Positions 1 to 11,397 of a stretch of 32,293 nt of DNA are shown piece by piece. The stretch spans positions 1 through 32,293 of the forward strand of contig JYFJ02004441.1 in the NCBI GenBank assembly GCA_000934665.2. The letters are read 5' to 3'. How positions within the stretch are numbered: the stretch's first letter is position 1; each line of letters begins with the position of its first letter. A model generated the notes under the pieces. That model made no database searches. It had not been told where the DNA came from and saw only the letters and a program-made list of their open reading frames with translations. Both the position numbers and the translations under genes were made by a program. The stretch is from Catajapyx aquilonaris (Eukaryota).

Positions 1-262
1 TTGCCAGGTTATGGCGTATCGCGTTGTTGTTTGCTTACAACGACGCGATACACCATAACCTGGCAACAACTGTGGGCCATCTATCAACAAAACAGTCTAC
101 TCGCCTAGCGCCTCCCGCGTGACGCGTCAGAGCGCACCCATTCCTTGTCTATGAACCCCGTCTAGATGGCGTTTCCGGACACGGGTTCCTATGTCAAAAA
201 TATTTGTCTTGGTCCCCTCTATTACCCCTGAAAGTCTTTGCAGAGTTACAATAAACACCCTG
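1..262. mobile_element. Tc1/mariner-type MITE, one end only (runs off window start); relative of the 635-1196 element in opposite orientation
   Basis: Ends in CACCCTG followed by TA. Bases 1-230 align closely with the reverse complement of 665-897. Internal palindrome at 1-67. Confidence 0.85.
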
Positions 263-266
263 TATA

Positions 267-603
267 TAATAATAATAATTGGGTGTAGGCGTACCCCTAT
301 CGGGGTTTTGCCGGACCTTTATTATTAAACATCAACTACAACTGGTTCCTATTTGTATAGCGCCCGGGCCCACGGGCAGGAAGGGATGACAGGAGGGGAT
401 ATGCAAGTGCAGTGCCTTGTCCGCATGTGGTCGTTTTGTGAGCTCCCCTGGGTGGATTAGTCTGTGGATATTCCACCCGAGACGAAGTCAGAGACGACAC
501 TTTACTCTGAACGAGATGAAGGGGGTGTCCCCGGGCCGGGATCGAACCCGGGACCTTAACATCCGTGGGCGCGAACGTTACCGTTGCGCCACTTCGCCTC
601 CCC
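267..603 (-). mobile_element. tRNA-derived SINE
   Basis: On the minus strand: A box TGGCGCAACGG (581-591) and B box GGTTCGATCCC (538-548), then a unique body, an ACCCC-GATA-GGGGT stem-loop and an (ATT)n tail. Confidence 0.85.
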
Positions 604-634
604 TATTATTCCCCCCTATTATTCCCCTATTATA

Positions 635-1196
635 CAGGGTGTAAATGAATTCAACCGACAAACTTCTAGGGGTAATAGAGGGGACCAAGACAAACATTTT
701 TGACATAGGAAACCGTGTCCGGAAACGCCATCTAGAGGGGGTTCATAGACGAGGAACGGGTGCGCTCAGACGCGTCACGCGAGAGGTGCAAGTCGAGCGG
801 ACTGTTTTGTTGATAGATGGCGCGCAGTTGTTGTCAGGTTATGGCGTATCGCGTCGTAGTAAGTAAACAACAACACGATACGCCAAAACCTGGCAACAAC
901 AGAACCGCTGTTGACTATCCGCGAGTCTCCTAGGAGGCGGACTTTAGTTGCTAGATGGCTCTGCTGTTGCCACGTTGTGGCACATCGAATCGTTGGTTAC
1001 TATCCGAGCGCCATCTATCAACAAAACAGACCGCTCGACTTGCGCCTCTCGCGTGAAGCGTCTGAGCGCACCCATTCCTCGTCTATGAACCCCCTCTAGA
1101 TGGCGTTTCCGGACACGGTTTCCTATGTCAAAAATGTTTGTCTTGGTCCCCTCTATCACCCCTAGAAGTTTGTCGGTTGAATTCATTTACACCCTG
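635..1196. mobile_element. Complete Tc1/mariner-type foldback MITE with ~189-bp TIRs
   Basis: TA|CAGGGTGTAAATGAATTC...GAATTCATTTACACCCTG|TA. Arms 635-823 and 1008-1196 are near-identical inverted repeats, which explains the mirror ORFs 645-866(+) and 944-1186(-). Inner palindrome ~828-900. Confidence 0.93.
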
Positions 1197-1206
1197 TATA
1201 TATATA

Positions 1207-1417
1207 CAGGTTGTTTCAACTTTTTTGTCCGAACAGTTCTCGGAAATATTGCCCTGAGCTGATACTTTGTAAGCAGTGTATGCCACTTCAACCTAAGATT
1301 CGCAGGGAATATTCCCCGTTCCTCTGACAAACCGGTTGCCAGTCACTGCTTACAAAGTAGCGGCTTATAGTGCAATATTTCCGATAACTGTTCGGACAAA
1401 AAAGTTGAAACACCATG
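1207..1417. mobile_element. Tc1/mariner-type MITE with ~70-bp TIRs
   Basis: TA|CAGGTTGTTTCAACTTTTTTGTCCGAACAGTT...AACTGTTCGGACAAAAAAGTTGAAACACCATG|TA. Confidence 0.9.
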
Positions 1418-2042
1418 TATATACTGTAATGAGGCATTCCACGTCAAGTGGGCCACCCTTGGCCTTGACCTTCTCCGATTTTGATCAAATTCGAGTAGTG
1501 GCCATCATTCAATATTTTATGTATGTAACCGCTTTTGTTTGGCTCTCCGACGGGCTGGTGCGAAACTACAGAGTGTAACATGTGCCCATTTTCGAGAATT
1601 TTTGCTCCGTTAGCTGTCACTAAAACGGTCGTATCTCCTAGAAGGTCACGTCAAATCTCACATATGATAGAATTGTTAGAACGGTAATTGTACGCTCTAT
1701 GGGATATTCATATTCTAATTTTTAAAATCCAAAGATTTATAATGAAAGATGGCGCCCAAAACTTTGATTTTGATATTGCTTGTTAATTTCCCCATACGAT
1801 CTTTTTTGAATGGCACTTAAAATGACAAGGGCAATGTTTAGTTCATATTTCCTAACAATCTGGAGAACCGATATTTGAACTGATATTTGCCAACAGTAAT
1901 AGCATTTTTCGTTCCAAACGCGTCCCGTAAATCTAGTCACCTCATTTGGAGGGCCATAACTCGGAGAAGGTCAGGTCAAATCTTATATTTTATATGTGCA
2001 TTCCAAAGGTATTTTTATGCCATATGAGTTGATCATACTCAA

Positions 2043-2172
2043 AAGGACCTGTTCAAGGTTATCCTGAGAGCCCCACAACCCAAACGACAAAATTATGCTC
2101 ATCTTGATATGCCGCGTATGTCCAATCGCGTATCTCTCCCTCTCTTCTCTTTCTCTCTCCTCCAATCCCCCG

Positions 2173-2213
<41 letters not shown>

Positions 2214-2507
2214 AAGAGGGATTCAAAATGGCCTTCGTTGGCAAAACTGTTGCAGGCGTTGAAGGTCCCCTGTTAGAAGCATTCTTCTATTGAATGACAA
2301 TATATTAAGAGTGGCTGGACAGCAGCCATTTCGATCCAACTCCCCTACGTTGCCAAGTTTCAGTGATCTGCTCCAATCTAAAGAAACGAATCATTGTGCC
2401 ATGTGGGTTGCTTTTCATAATCAGGATAACCTTGATAACAGGATAACAGGATAACAGGATAATCAGGATAACAATATAATCAGGATAACCTTGATGAACA
2501 GGTCCTT
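2043..2507. mobile_element. Inverted-repeat-bounded insertion (MITE-like) with CAGGATAA subterminal repeats
   Basis: AAGGACCTGTTCAAGGTTATCCTGA (2043-2067) versus TCAGGATAACCTTGATGAACAGGTCCTT (2480-2507). Six CAGGATAA copies between 2422 and 2488. Interrupts tandem unit 2 of the surrounding element. Confidence 0.7.
2133..2220. repeat. Facing (CT)n and (GA)n tracts
   Basis: CT-rich tract at 2133-2163 followed by (GA)n at 2176-2220; seen directly. Confidence 0.9.
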
Positions 2508-2804
2508 TAAAATACTAAAAATTTTAATAAAATTATTATGTCGACCACAATTTTGATATTGATATTGATGAATGATTGCCCCTTACGATTTTTTTTTGAA
2601 TAGCACTTAAAATGATCCGGGTAATATTTACGTAAGATTTCCACGAAATTTGGAGAACCTATTTTTGATATTTTCTAAATATAACAATACTTTTGGTGCA
2701 AGACGCATACCATGAAATAATGTAGTCACCCTAATATTAACTATAAAATTACTCAAATTTTATTATGGTAAAAATTCATGCTCCATATCATAATAATGCC
2801 TGAT

Positions 2805-3109
2805 ACCGAAGCAGGTTCGTGCAGTGGTTAAGGAGTCCGACTGCTAATCGGGAGGTCCTGGGTTCGATTCCCGGGGCCGGCGATCATCACCATGGTTTTC
2901 TGTGGTTTTCCATGGTCCCCCCAGGATAATTCCGGGGCCGCTTCCTAAATAATAGGCTACAGCCGCTTCCTTCCTTCCCTATCCTTGGCCCCATCCATGT
3001 GTGAAGAAAAATTTCAGAAAAATTGAGAAGTAAAATGGTGGTATTCCACCCCCCCCCCCCCAATGGAGCGCCGATTCTCCCAATGGAATAATATCTTTTA
3101 AAAATTATA
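2805..3109 (+). mobile_element. tRNA-derived SINE with a Talua/Lm1-like arthropod central domain
   Basis: A-box-like GTGCAGTGGTT and B box GGTTCGATTCC. Body GGTTTTCTGTGGTTTTTCC...CCAGGATAATTCCGGG...AGGCTACAGCCGCTTCCTTCC resembles, from recall, termite Talua and locust Lm1 cores. Perfect 15-bp TSD ATAATAATGCCTGAT (2790-2804 and 3110-3124). Confidence 0.9.
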
Positions 3110-3249
3110 ATAATAATGCCTGATTTAAGCAGTCTACAGAGAATATAATAAATACCGATTTCGATTGTCTGGTAAAAAAGATAAGACGCATAAAGTTAAC
3201 AGATTTCATTTGCCCTAACTCAGAATCTGCTGCAGGTAGAGCTTCTAGA

Positions 3250-3447
3250 TTTTGAACACAGATCCCCACCGTCGTGAAGTGATTTCCTACCATTTATACT
3301 TTTACCGAAATCCTCTTTAGTAATCCGCAAGAAATTAAAACCCATTAAAATACGTTTTTATATTTTTTTCTTTATGACTATTCGGAATTTTGTTTCTTCG
3401 TCAAAGGGACGAATGTGTAATAGGACGGTGTGGATCTGTGTTCAAAA
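3250..3447. repeat. Inverted repeat pair, probable MITE interior
   Basis: TTTTGAACACAGATCCCCACCGTC (3250-3273) versus GACGGTGTGGATCTGTGTTCAAAA (3424-3447), one mismatch. Confidence 0.7.
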
Positions 3448-3683
3448 CCTCATAGTTCCACCGGCTACGGGATAGAAGTTATGATTCCCCCCCCTTATTT
3501 TTCCAGTCATTTCCTCACTTGTTCATGATGCCATAACCTAGCAACGTCAGTTGTTGTTTACCACATAATATATTGTTGTGGGTCAAATGTTATGCCTCTG
3601 TGCTGGGGCAAGATATTCCGAGTGGATGTATCACAATCTGTTCAGAGAATATCCTTGTTTTTGTTTCCTCCTGAACCTCACTT

Positions 3684-3808
3684 TCAAAATGACCCGGTGA
3701 CCCTATTTTGGGGGCTACCAATGCAACGAATTTCAAGAAAATGGATGACTTTTCGCCATTTAAGACTTGAACTCTGCCCCCCAAAAAGGGGTCACCGGGT
3801 CATTTTGA
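3684..3808. repeat. Perfect 20-bp inverted repeat within an unclassified non-autonomous element (probably extending to ~4034)
   Basis: TCAAAATGACCCGGTGACCC (3684-3703) versus GGGTCACCGGGTCATTTTGA (3789-3808). Direct repeat CGAATTTCAA.AAAATGGATGA at ~3726 and ~3861. Confidence 0.7.
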
Positions 3809-5099
3809 GCAGGTCACTTTAGGTGCGTTTTTCATCCCTTGGGGTGGCCTACCTATGTACCGAATTTCAATAAAATGGATGAGAACTTGGAAAGTGTCCC
3901 TTGTGAGTTCAAGAGGTCATAACTTTTGACCTTGTGGGCGTCCGCCTAAATTGTTTGCATTTTCTTTAATAACTTACCTGCCTATCTTATTGTCCCAAGT
4001 TTGATTCAGAAACAACACTTACACTTCCCTTGTAAGATGATACTGTAAATCCTGATAGCTAAGCTAGTGTTTTGAACAGTAAGAATTAACTCTATGGCAT
4101 CATGCCCTCTACACTCTCTCCCTCAGCTGACCGTGAGTCCATACTCCCCTTTCGAACTCCCTTCTCTTTCCGTTCGTTTCGTCACACGTTTCGTACACCT
4201 ACCGCGTCTAGTCTGAACCCAGCTTATTTTTCTTCGCTTTCAAATCAAAAAAATCATGAGGCTACACTAGACCAGACCTGATTCAATAAATTTTTTTGCC
4301 AGTATCGGATTTACAAATAAATAATCGGAGCACATAAGATTCAAAGTGGTATGAACGTTTCTCCTGCAAAAAAGATATTCCCAGGCATTTCCTGGATTCC
4401 TCTCTGTTGTTGCGAAAGAAGAGTTAAACTGATCAGCCAAGGGAATTTTGTGACTAGAACACAATACGTGAAGCTGCCAAGCATATACAGGAGCTTTGTT
4501 TCGTTTCTTACATTCGTCGTAAAAAACCATTTAAAACACCACAATTTTAAAATGTTAAATAGTTATCTTTGTGTTTTATTAGACAATCTGCATGGATCAT
4601 TAGAGATTGCGAGCAAACCAGATGAAATGGATCCTGTATGTAACAGCTCTGGTGGATGGGAGAGGTGTGTGTAGCCAATGCGAACAGTGCCAGTCAAAGG
4701 GTGGATAGAGGGCTACCAAAATTGCTGTGCAGTTGAATGCAATATCTTTACGGTGGACGTATATAGGCCTACTATTCATGGCATGTGAATGATGTGATTC
4801 AGGCGAATGAAGAGGAGCAGACCATTTGAAGCAGATGCATGGCTAACCACTAACTACTGCAGGAATCGATTGTGTTTCAAGCCAAAGCAAAACAGACCCA
4901 CCACACCATACCGGTTTTGGGAAATGCTTTGGGCGTGAAATTACCCCTTTTCAAATATTCCTTTTCAGATGTAGGCTTATTTGTCTTTAGTCTAATTATT
5001 TAGACAATCTACATTCGTGTCAGGGGTGAGGCTTGCACTACCAATGAGGCTATTGGTTTGAAGGTGTAGAGGGGGTAGGGAGGAAATAGGGGTGGCAGA

Positions 5100-5700
5100 G
5101 AGGGAGGGGAAAATGACTGCTTTTCAAGTGACCGGAGTCAAGTACCTAATTCAAAATACGGCAGGGCATGAAAAGTAGACACATGACATGCAACAGCGGT
5201 TTGCTTTGTTTGAAATCCTGGCAACTTTATATCGAGAAACTGTGTACTTTGTATACAAGCACAAACACGCAGCAGGGCAGAAAAATGGGTCGACGTCCCA
5301 GTCATCCATCAAAAGGACCATGCTTATTTTTAATGGGTCCATTTTTAATTTGGTGACATGCAGCATCACTCATTGTGAAAAATGAAAGTCATCGTTAGCG
5401 AGGTGTTCCAGATAACGAATATCATCGCTTCTCTCCATGTCATAATTCGTTAAGACGTAGCATCTGTCATTCCCGACGACTGCAGGTGACACTTGTGGAC
5501 GACGTTCCAGCTCTTGCCACTTTTTTAGGTAGTGCTTCCAGGTGTAGTGTTTCAAGTCGCAACCGGGAATCATTTGAGAGGAATGGTGTGCCTGGTGCAT
5601 ATAAAGGGCTTTTGGAACAAATAATTGAGGCTCGCTTTCTGCTAGCAAACTCGAGTCCGATGCAGCTACTTATTTCACCGGTGTCAATTGTCCGCCATAC
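5100..5700 (-). pseudogene. Decayed tyrosine recombinase fragment of DIRS/Ngaro retrotransposon type
   Basis: ORFs 5370-5648 and 5151-5369 share a frame across one stop: HLANDDFHFSQ*VMLHVTKLKMDP...FFCPAACLCLY, matching the HL..D..F...V.L.V..SKTD...CPV..L..Y pattern. Upstream GTPFLSNDSRLRL resembles the core-binding domain. Downstream LDSGHLKSSHF resembles the ..GHSFR box. Confidence 0.55.
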
Positions 5701-6819
5701 TCTAATCCCATAATTACAAGCTACAAACCCGACACGCATCATCTGTTACGTACTTCTACTTTGATTTCCTCATAAGATTTATAAAGGCCAAGTGTACTCA
5801 TGCAAACGCAACCTTGCCACGCGATGCATCGAGTTTCCACTCCAAAGGATAATTATCTCGCTGCTGCTCCGAAGAGTATTTTCTGATTCGGGTGATATAA
5901 CCTGGTTCATGACTTCATTCATCTTTTCAGATATATGAACACCTGCAATCTTTTATAGGGCTTCAAAATTATCTGATTTATGCTGTAAATGGAGAAATTT
6001 CAAAAGTAAAACAATTCCCAGTTTGCATGCCCGCCGCCAATCTGTAGGATTTCATCAATCGTCAGATCCATTAAAGCAAAATGTACGTGTAACTTAATAA
6101 CGTATAACGTGTAACTTATAACGATATAATGAGAGCCAGAAATCTAACAAATTTCCATAAGTTATATAATTTATTCGTATTGTTGAAGTGGTATTTTACA
6201 TTATTTTGCAAGTTATGCTACTCTCCAGCTTGAATGCCTAAAATAAAATCGTCAATGGTTCGATATTAAGGGGGGGAGATAAAGAGAATTTGGGAGTAAA
6301 GTTCTCGCTAACTAACAACAGTAGAGCCGATTTTTCTGTGTAAGTGTAACTGACCTCTCTCTCTTACACAAGTGGACTGTACTCTTCCCATATTCTTAAT
6401 GTAGTATTTTAAAAAGTCATTTGCATTCGGGAGTAATTTACGCCGTCGTAAAATTTTAAGTCATGTCGTAACTAGCGCCAAAAATGCGGAAAAATGAGGT
6501 GCTCCGGACCTGTAAAGCCGATTTTTATATTTAGCTGTAACCTTTCGGCAAATAATAACTTTGTCAAAATTTGACTGATTTGAGAACTACGAGAAGTTGG
6601 GGGAACCCTAATTTTCACGGTTTTTATTGTGCCTAGAGGGAATAGTCAACGGCAAACGCGACCCTTCCTTTGTGTAGGGAGGGTGGGATCGCGTGTCTCC
6701 TCTTTCGGCCAGAGTTGGAACTCGAAGAAGTCCGGATTTTCTATATCGCCGCCTTAACATGTGGGATGGTTTTCTGTACAGGAGTATACTACACCGGATA
6801 TTATTTTAACAAGAGATAT

Positions 6820-9240
6820 TACTAAAATGTCTTAAATCGAGAACTCCTGGCACTTAACCCGCTATTCCAGACAGCTTAGACCTTGATGATAAAGTAGTGG
6901 TTATTGCAAGGTTAACCTTCAGAAAATAATGCCATTCGGCCAAATTTCACGGCAGTTATGGTGGATTTCTGGGGCCTGGGCCAAACGGCTCTCATGCCCT
7001 TTCTCCTTTCTCCGTTATCAGGGTCTGTTTGTTTTATGTCTTATGACAAAGGACAATACGTAAACTTTGTAGAAGTCTCTTGTTTTAAAGGGAGAAATGC
7101 TTTTGTTCACGGAGAGCCACATCTAAGAATCCATGGGTATTCAGGGAGAAATCTCCTTATTACGGATGACAAATATTATTTCGTAGAATTACAATGGTTG
7201 ATACATAGATGATATATCATTTTTCTTGGGACAGCAATATGGTACTCAAAACTTCAGTAATTTAGTCGACAGGTGTAATGTGAGTAGGACAAAATTTGTT
7301 CAAAAATGGCACCGCGCTGGCCCTTCTGACAACTGTTGTTCGGGGTTTGGGTAGCATAAAGGGGACAAAACCAATCGAAAGTTGATTGGAGAATGCATGC
7401 ACAATGTGAACCAGCTGTGTACTGTATCTCCCTGTAACTTGTCCATGAATGGTGTTCCAAATTTTAGAATGGTCTAAAATAATAGCCTGACAGATTAGCC
7501 GCGATCCAGCCAGGCGAATCAAGCCGTGGCATCTAGAATTTTATACCACCCATAGGTTACACGAGAATGTGCGATATTATTATAGTACAGTACATTCATA
7601 TTGTGCCCGCATTCGTCAGAACAGAATAACAAATCTACATTCTGAATTTCGGAATGTTCAATAGGCGTGCCATTTTCATACCATAACTTATTTTATTTTA
7701 TTTTGGTGGAGATTATTACGAATTTTTGTTCAATTCATTAATTTTACTACAGCAAACTTGGGGAAAACGAGAGTTTTCACTTGAGAGCAAAGTGTGAATG
7801 TTTGCGAGTAGGTGAGGTGTGTGGAAGCGCCCTCTTCCGGCAGCAAGGAAAGCAAGCCTGACTCTAGCTGTAGGCGGCCCTTTCAAGAATGCCGACAAAT
7901 TCCTGTCCACGCAGTTGCTCGGGTGTCGAGACTATTGTTGAAGCGGCAAACAAAAACCAACTTCCGTCGCTTTAACAAAGTCATGGAGGTTTTGCTTTGG
8001 TGTCAGCATTGTAAACGATCGGAAAAATGGGCTCTCTGCTTTTGTCAGAAACCCTGCGGAAATTTTGAATCGTCGCGTCGGCTTTTTGAGTCAGAATCCT
8101 TCTAAAGACTAAGCTCTGCCTATTACCTGAATGTCTAAATTATTTTATTGTTGGTCATGTACGCAAGTATGTATAGACACTTCATTCTTTGTGAGAATTC
8201 CTACTGCTTGCTTCGTGGTTTAGGTAGGGTTGTTCTCTAACTCCTACATAATACAATTTCCGCTTGTACTCTACTTGTGCATTACGGTACGTTTTACATA
8301 ATTGCGGCTGATGGACAACTACTTCCCTGCCGCACTTATTCCTGCCATTAGTGAAACCCTGAAATGCATGAGGATCAGAGTTATATTTTGGTCATAACTG
8401 CGTTAGGCATGATCCTCGAATGGTACTTTATGAGGGTGAAGTCTGATTTCTGATACAGCAATATATTATAGACCCCTGGAGCAATTTTAACTTAATTCAG
8501 CTGATAAAGGCAATTTTTAAACTCATAATTTTACAAGTTCAGAATATCAGAGTCACAAGACGTCTATTGGACAGTTGTAATATACTATTATCTCTTTCCT
8601 TTCTCTCTCTCTCTCTTCTAACATACTTTCTGAGACGTTGTTCTGTTCGGTTCATTTGTTTTATTCGTGAAACCAAAGCGACTAAAGGCCGGTTGCATGA
8701 TCACAAATTTTCACATATTCCAGCATTTTTGGCACAAAATCTCTTATAAACACAAAAATATATTGTTGTATGGGGGCACATTTTCTCGTGTCAGATCTGC
8801 AATGAAGTCCTTAACGCAAATGTACTGAACTCCGCTCATTCCTGAAAAATCACTGGCTTTGTTGGAATGGGTGCCGAACTACTGTTGAGCTTGAGTATGT
8901 GATGACATAAGTTAGTTTTATGGCCAAGAGCGGCCTGTATGAGTATGAGTTTTTCCTAATATTAGGTTGTGTGGACAAGTCATTTAAAAAATAAACAACG
9001 GCAACGAATATCCAACCACTACACACAATTATTTCTAGAGAACAACTTGCTTTAAAAAACAAAATAATGTACAGTACATCTATGCAAATGAAAATGTCTG
9101 ATGGGGCAGATGACGTAAGCTCTCCGGATATTTGAGGCTTAAAATTATGATTGGTGAAGGATGTAACTTTAGACTGGAATGTAAAGGACGACAGAATTTG
9201 GAACCTGGAGGCTCGCGATGTAAAGTGCTATCCCAAGTGC
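6820..9240 (-). pseudogene. Highly decayed CR1/L2-group LINE ORF2 (APE endonuclease plus reverse transcriptase)
   Basis: Collinear frameshifted motifs on the minus strand: GIALYIAS (~9211-9234), LEIIVCSGWIFVAVVY, YVITYSSSTVVRH, HPSNCVDRNLS (..DYRPIS), LLSSENSRF (..QSGFR), AIILDHSKIWNTI (..LD.SKAFDT), GQRGAIFEQIL (..PQGSILGP) and AVWNS (~6861-6875). Confidence 0.65.
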
Positions 9241-10481
9241 CGCAGAATTATGGCTCGGTATGCATAAATGGCGCATTTACTATTCAATTTTACTATGTAG
9301 TCGCCACTGTATGTTTGCATTGTAAAATCGGGAAATCACGCAGTGTTTTAGTACTCCGTTGTTCTCGTTATGATTGCCCCTCCGGCCCCAATTTTATGAT
9401 CAGCAATGATTGACAATCACGCAACATCGCATTTACAATTTCAGTGTGGATATTTGTTATTTAAGCAGCAGGTTTATTGCCCCAGGTACAACTCTCATTT
9501 GCATGGTAATCGTTCATTATCCTCACATGGCTAATGTCTTGATAATTCCACTGTAATCATGCATCGCAACGCACTCGTGACCATCTCCAGCGTTTCATCA
9601 CTAATATCTGCATATTTCAGTCCGGAGCTCTGGGAATTATTATATCGTTATACTGTATTTTCAAACCTGGCTTATGTATGGGTTCTGTAAATAGGAGCTA
9701 ACTCCTAGAATACTATGTATCTGTGAGTTAGATGTCCCGGTCCTAAACTTGCAATTTTAACTAGCATGACTGATTGCGGTGTAATGCTCTGGAAATTTTT
9801 GCCAGCAGGGCTTACATACCTTCGAGTGTTATAATCACAGCAGTCTTAACCTGGTCTTAACAGATTAAAACAGCAATGTAACGCAGGAGGTTTGCTTGTG
9901 TTTTGACTAATGGTTGCGATAGTTGGATCGGGCTGGGAAAATGTTCCCTTCACATACCTAGCACTCATATGAGCCATTATCAACGTTTGTTTTATTACCA
10001 AAGGATAACACTGTAATCATTATTGTATAGCGTAGCAGTCACAAGCATGACATTTTTGCCTATTCCCCTCCTCCACATCCTAAATTATACGTAGTTACTC
10101 GTAGTAGCCTGTTAAGTTATTGGCATCCTTCTTCCATGTTCTCAATATCCAGACGGTGTACTGTACACATAAGTGTGTGGATTCCCTTGAGACATAGAAA
10201 GATCATTTTAATGAACAAAAAATATGGGGAGATTATTAAGGGAATTGGTGGTAATATGCACCATCATTTTCTTAATTGTCAAGATGAGTAAATAGTTAAT
10301 TTCACGTAGTTATTGCATAAAAAATCATCGCCTGTATTTATTATAATTATATTATTAGTAATTAGGAGAAAAATAACACTTTTCAAAGGGTGCAAATTTT
10401 CTGATCACACCGCAACATGACTGTGGGTCTCGGAAAGTACAGTGGTGATATGAAACAGGCGTTAATAAAAATAAAAATAAA

Positions 10482-10483
<2 letters not shown>

Positions 10484-10539
<56 letters not shown>
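10484..10539. repeat. (AAT)n microsatellite preceded by (AAAAAT)n
   Basis: Seen directly. Confidence 0.95.
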
Positions 10540-10541
<2 letters not shown>

Positions 10542-10998
10542 CCTCGAGTATAATTTCATAATAAAACGTAATTTTATTGAATTCTTTTAATAGTAAATAA
10601 AACTACTATTAAAAATGAAACTACATAAACTTTTATCATATAGATACCTAAAACAAAAGAGTCATTGGGATATGGTACACATCCCACACCAATTTCCAAA
10701 CAACCCAATCAATCTCAACTACTTGTATATTGTATAACCCTGCCCTGTTAAGTTTAATCTATGTTACAGTACCCGCAACAGAAGAATACTGTAATAATGT
10801 TAGATTTATCAATAGATAAGCCATAAGAATGTTTTTTTAAAACTTACCTTACCAAATGTTTTGACAAAATACAAAACACAAATCTGCTCTCATACCTTTA
10901 AACAACGTGCTACAAGTGATCGAAACGGAACCTAAAGGTCGGAGTTAATAGTATATTCTTATATAGTGACTCATACAAAGCAGCAGCTGTAGTTCTAT

Positions 10999-11011
10999 TT
11001 ATTTATTTATT

Positions 11012-11092
<81 letters not shown>

Positions 11093-11397
11093 CCCGTGAT
11101 ATGGGGGTGGAACACCACCATTTTTCTCAGATAATTTTGTTTTTACTTCAAACTCCGGTGCAGGGAAATGAAGGATCTGGGGTAAGGATAGGAATTTTTG
11201 GGGAGGGAACGTGGGTGCAAGTGCAATGTCGTTAAGTGGGTCATGTGCTGTTCCCCAGGAGGTTAAGTTGCCGGACAGCTCCAAGGTGCGGGTCAGAGAC
11301 CCTCTCGACGCAGGTGAAAGGGCTTTCAGGCGGGGATCGAACCTGGGGCCTTTCACTCAGCAAGCCGATACGTTACCATCTCGACCACCGCACCTCC
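10999..11397 (-). mobile_element. tRNA-derived SINE (family B), full length with a long (TAA)n/(TAAA)n tail
   Basis: Minus-strand A box TGGTCGAGATGG and B box GGTTCGATCC (11334-11343). Homologous to 28943-29232. Possible TSD GTAGTTCTAT (10989-10998) / GTAGTTTTAT (11403-11412). Confidence 0.9.

Larger units (their letters stand above)
1431..2760. mobile_element. Probable non-autonomous DNA transposon with two diverged ~330-bp internal tandem units; right end not found
   Basis: Unit 1 (~1630-1955) aligns with unit 2 (~1956-2040 plus 2508-2730). Shared blocks include AGAAGGTCA.GTCAAATCT, TTTTTTGAAT.GCACTTAAAATGA, TGGAGAACC and TAGTCACC. The GAGGCATTCC start resembles the GRG termini of Sola2 (inference). 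Confidence 0.5.

Noticed and set aside
2810..2880. tRNA genes at SINE heads (also 530-603, 11330-11397, 18418-18490, 29158-29232)
   Set aside because: A and B boxes are present, but the cloverleafs are imperfect and each continues into a SINE body, with a tail or TSD.
6657..6695. GC-rich hairpin as a terminator or LINE 3' stem-loop
   Set aside because: It is isolated with no tail repeat next to it, and intrinsic terminators do not apply in this eukaryotic context.
11015..11356. Poly-asparagine protein
   Set aside because: This is the translation of a SINE and its (AAT)n tail.
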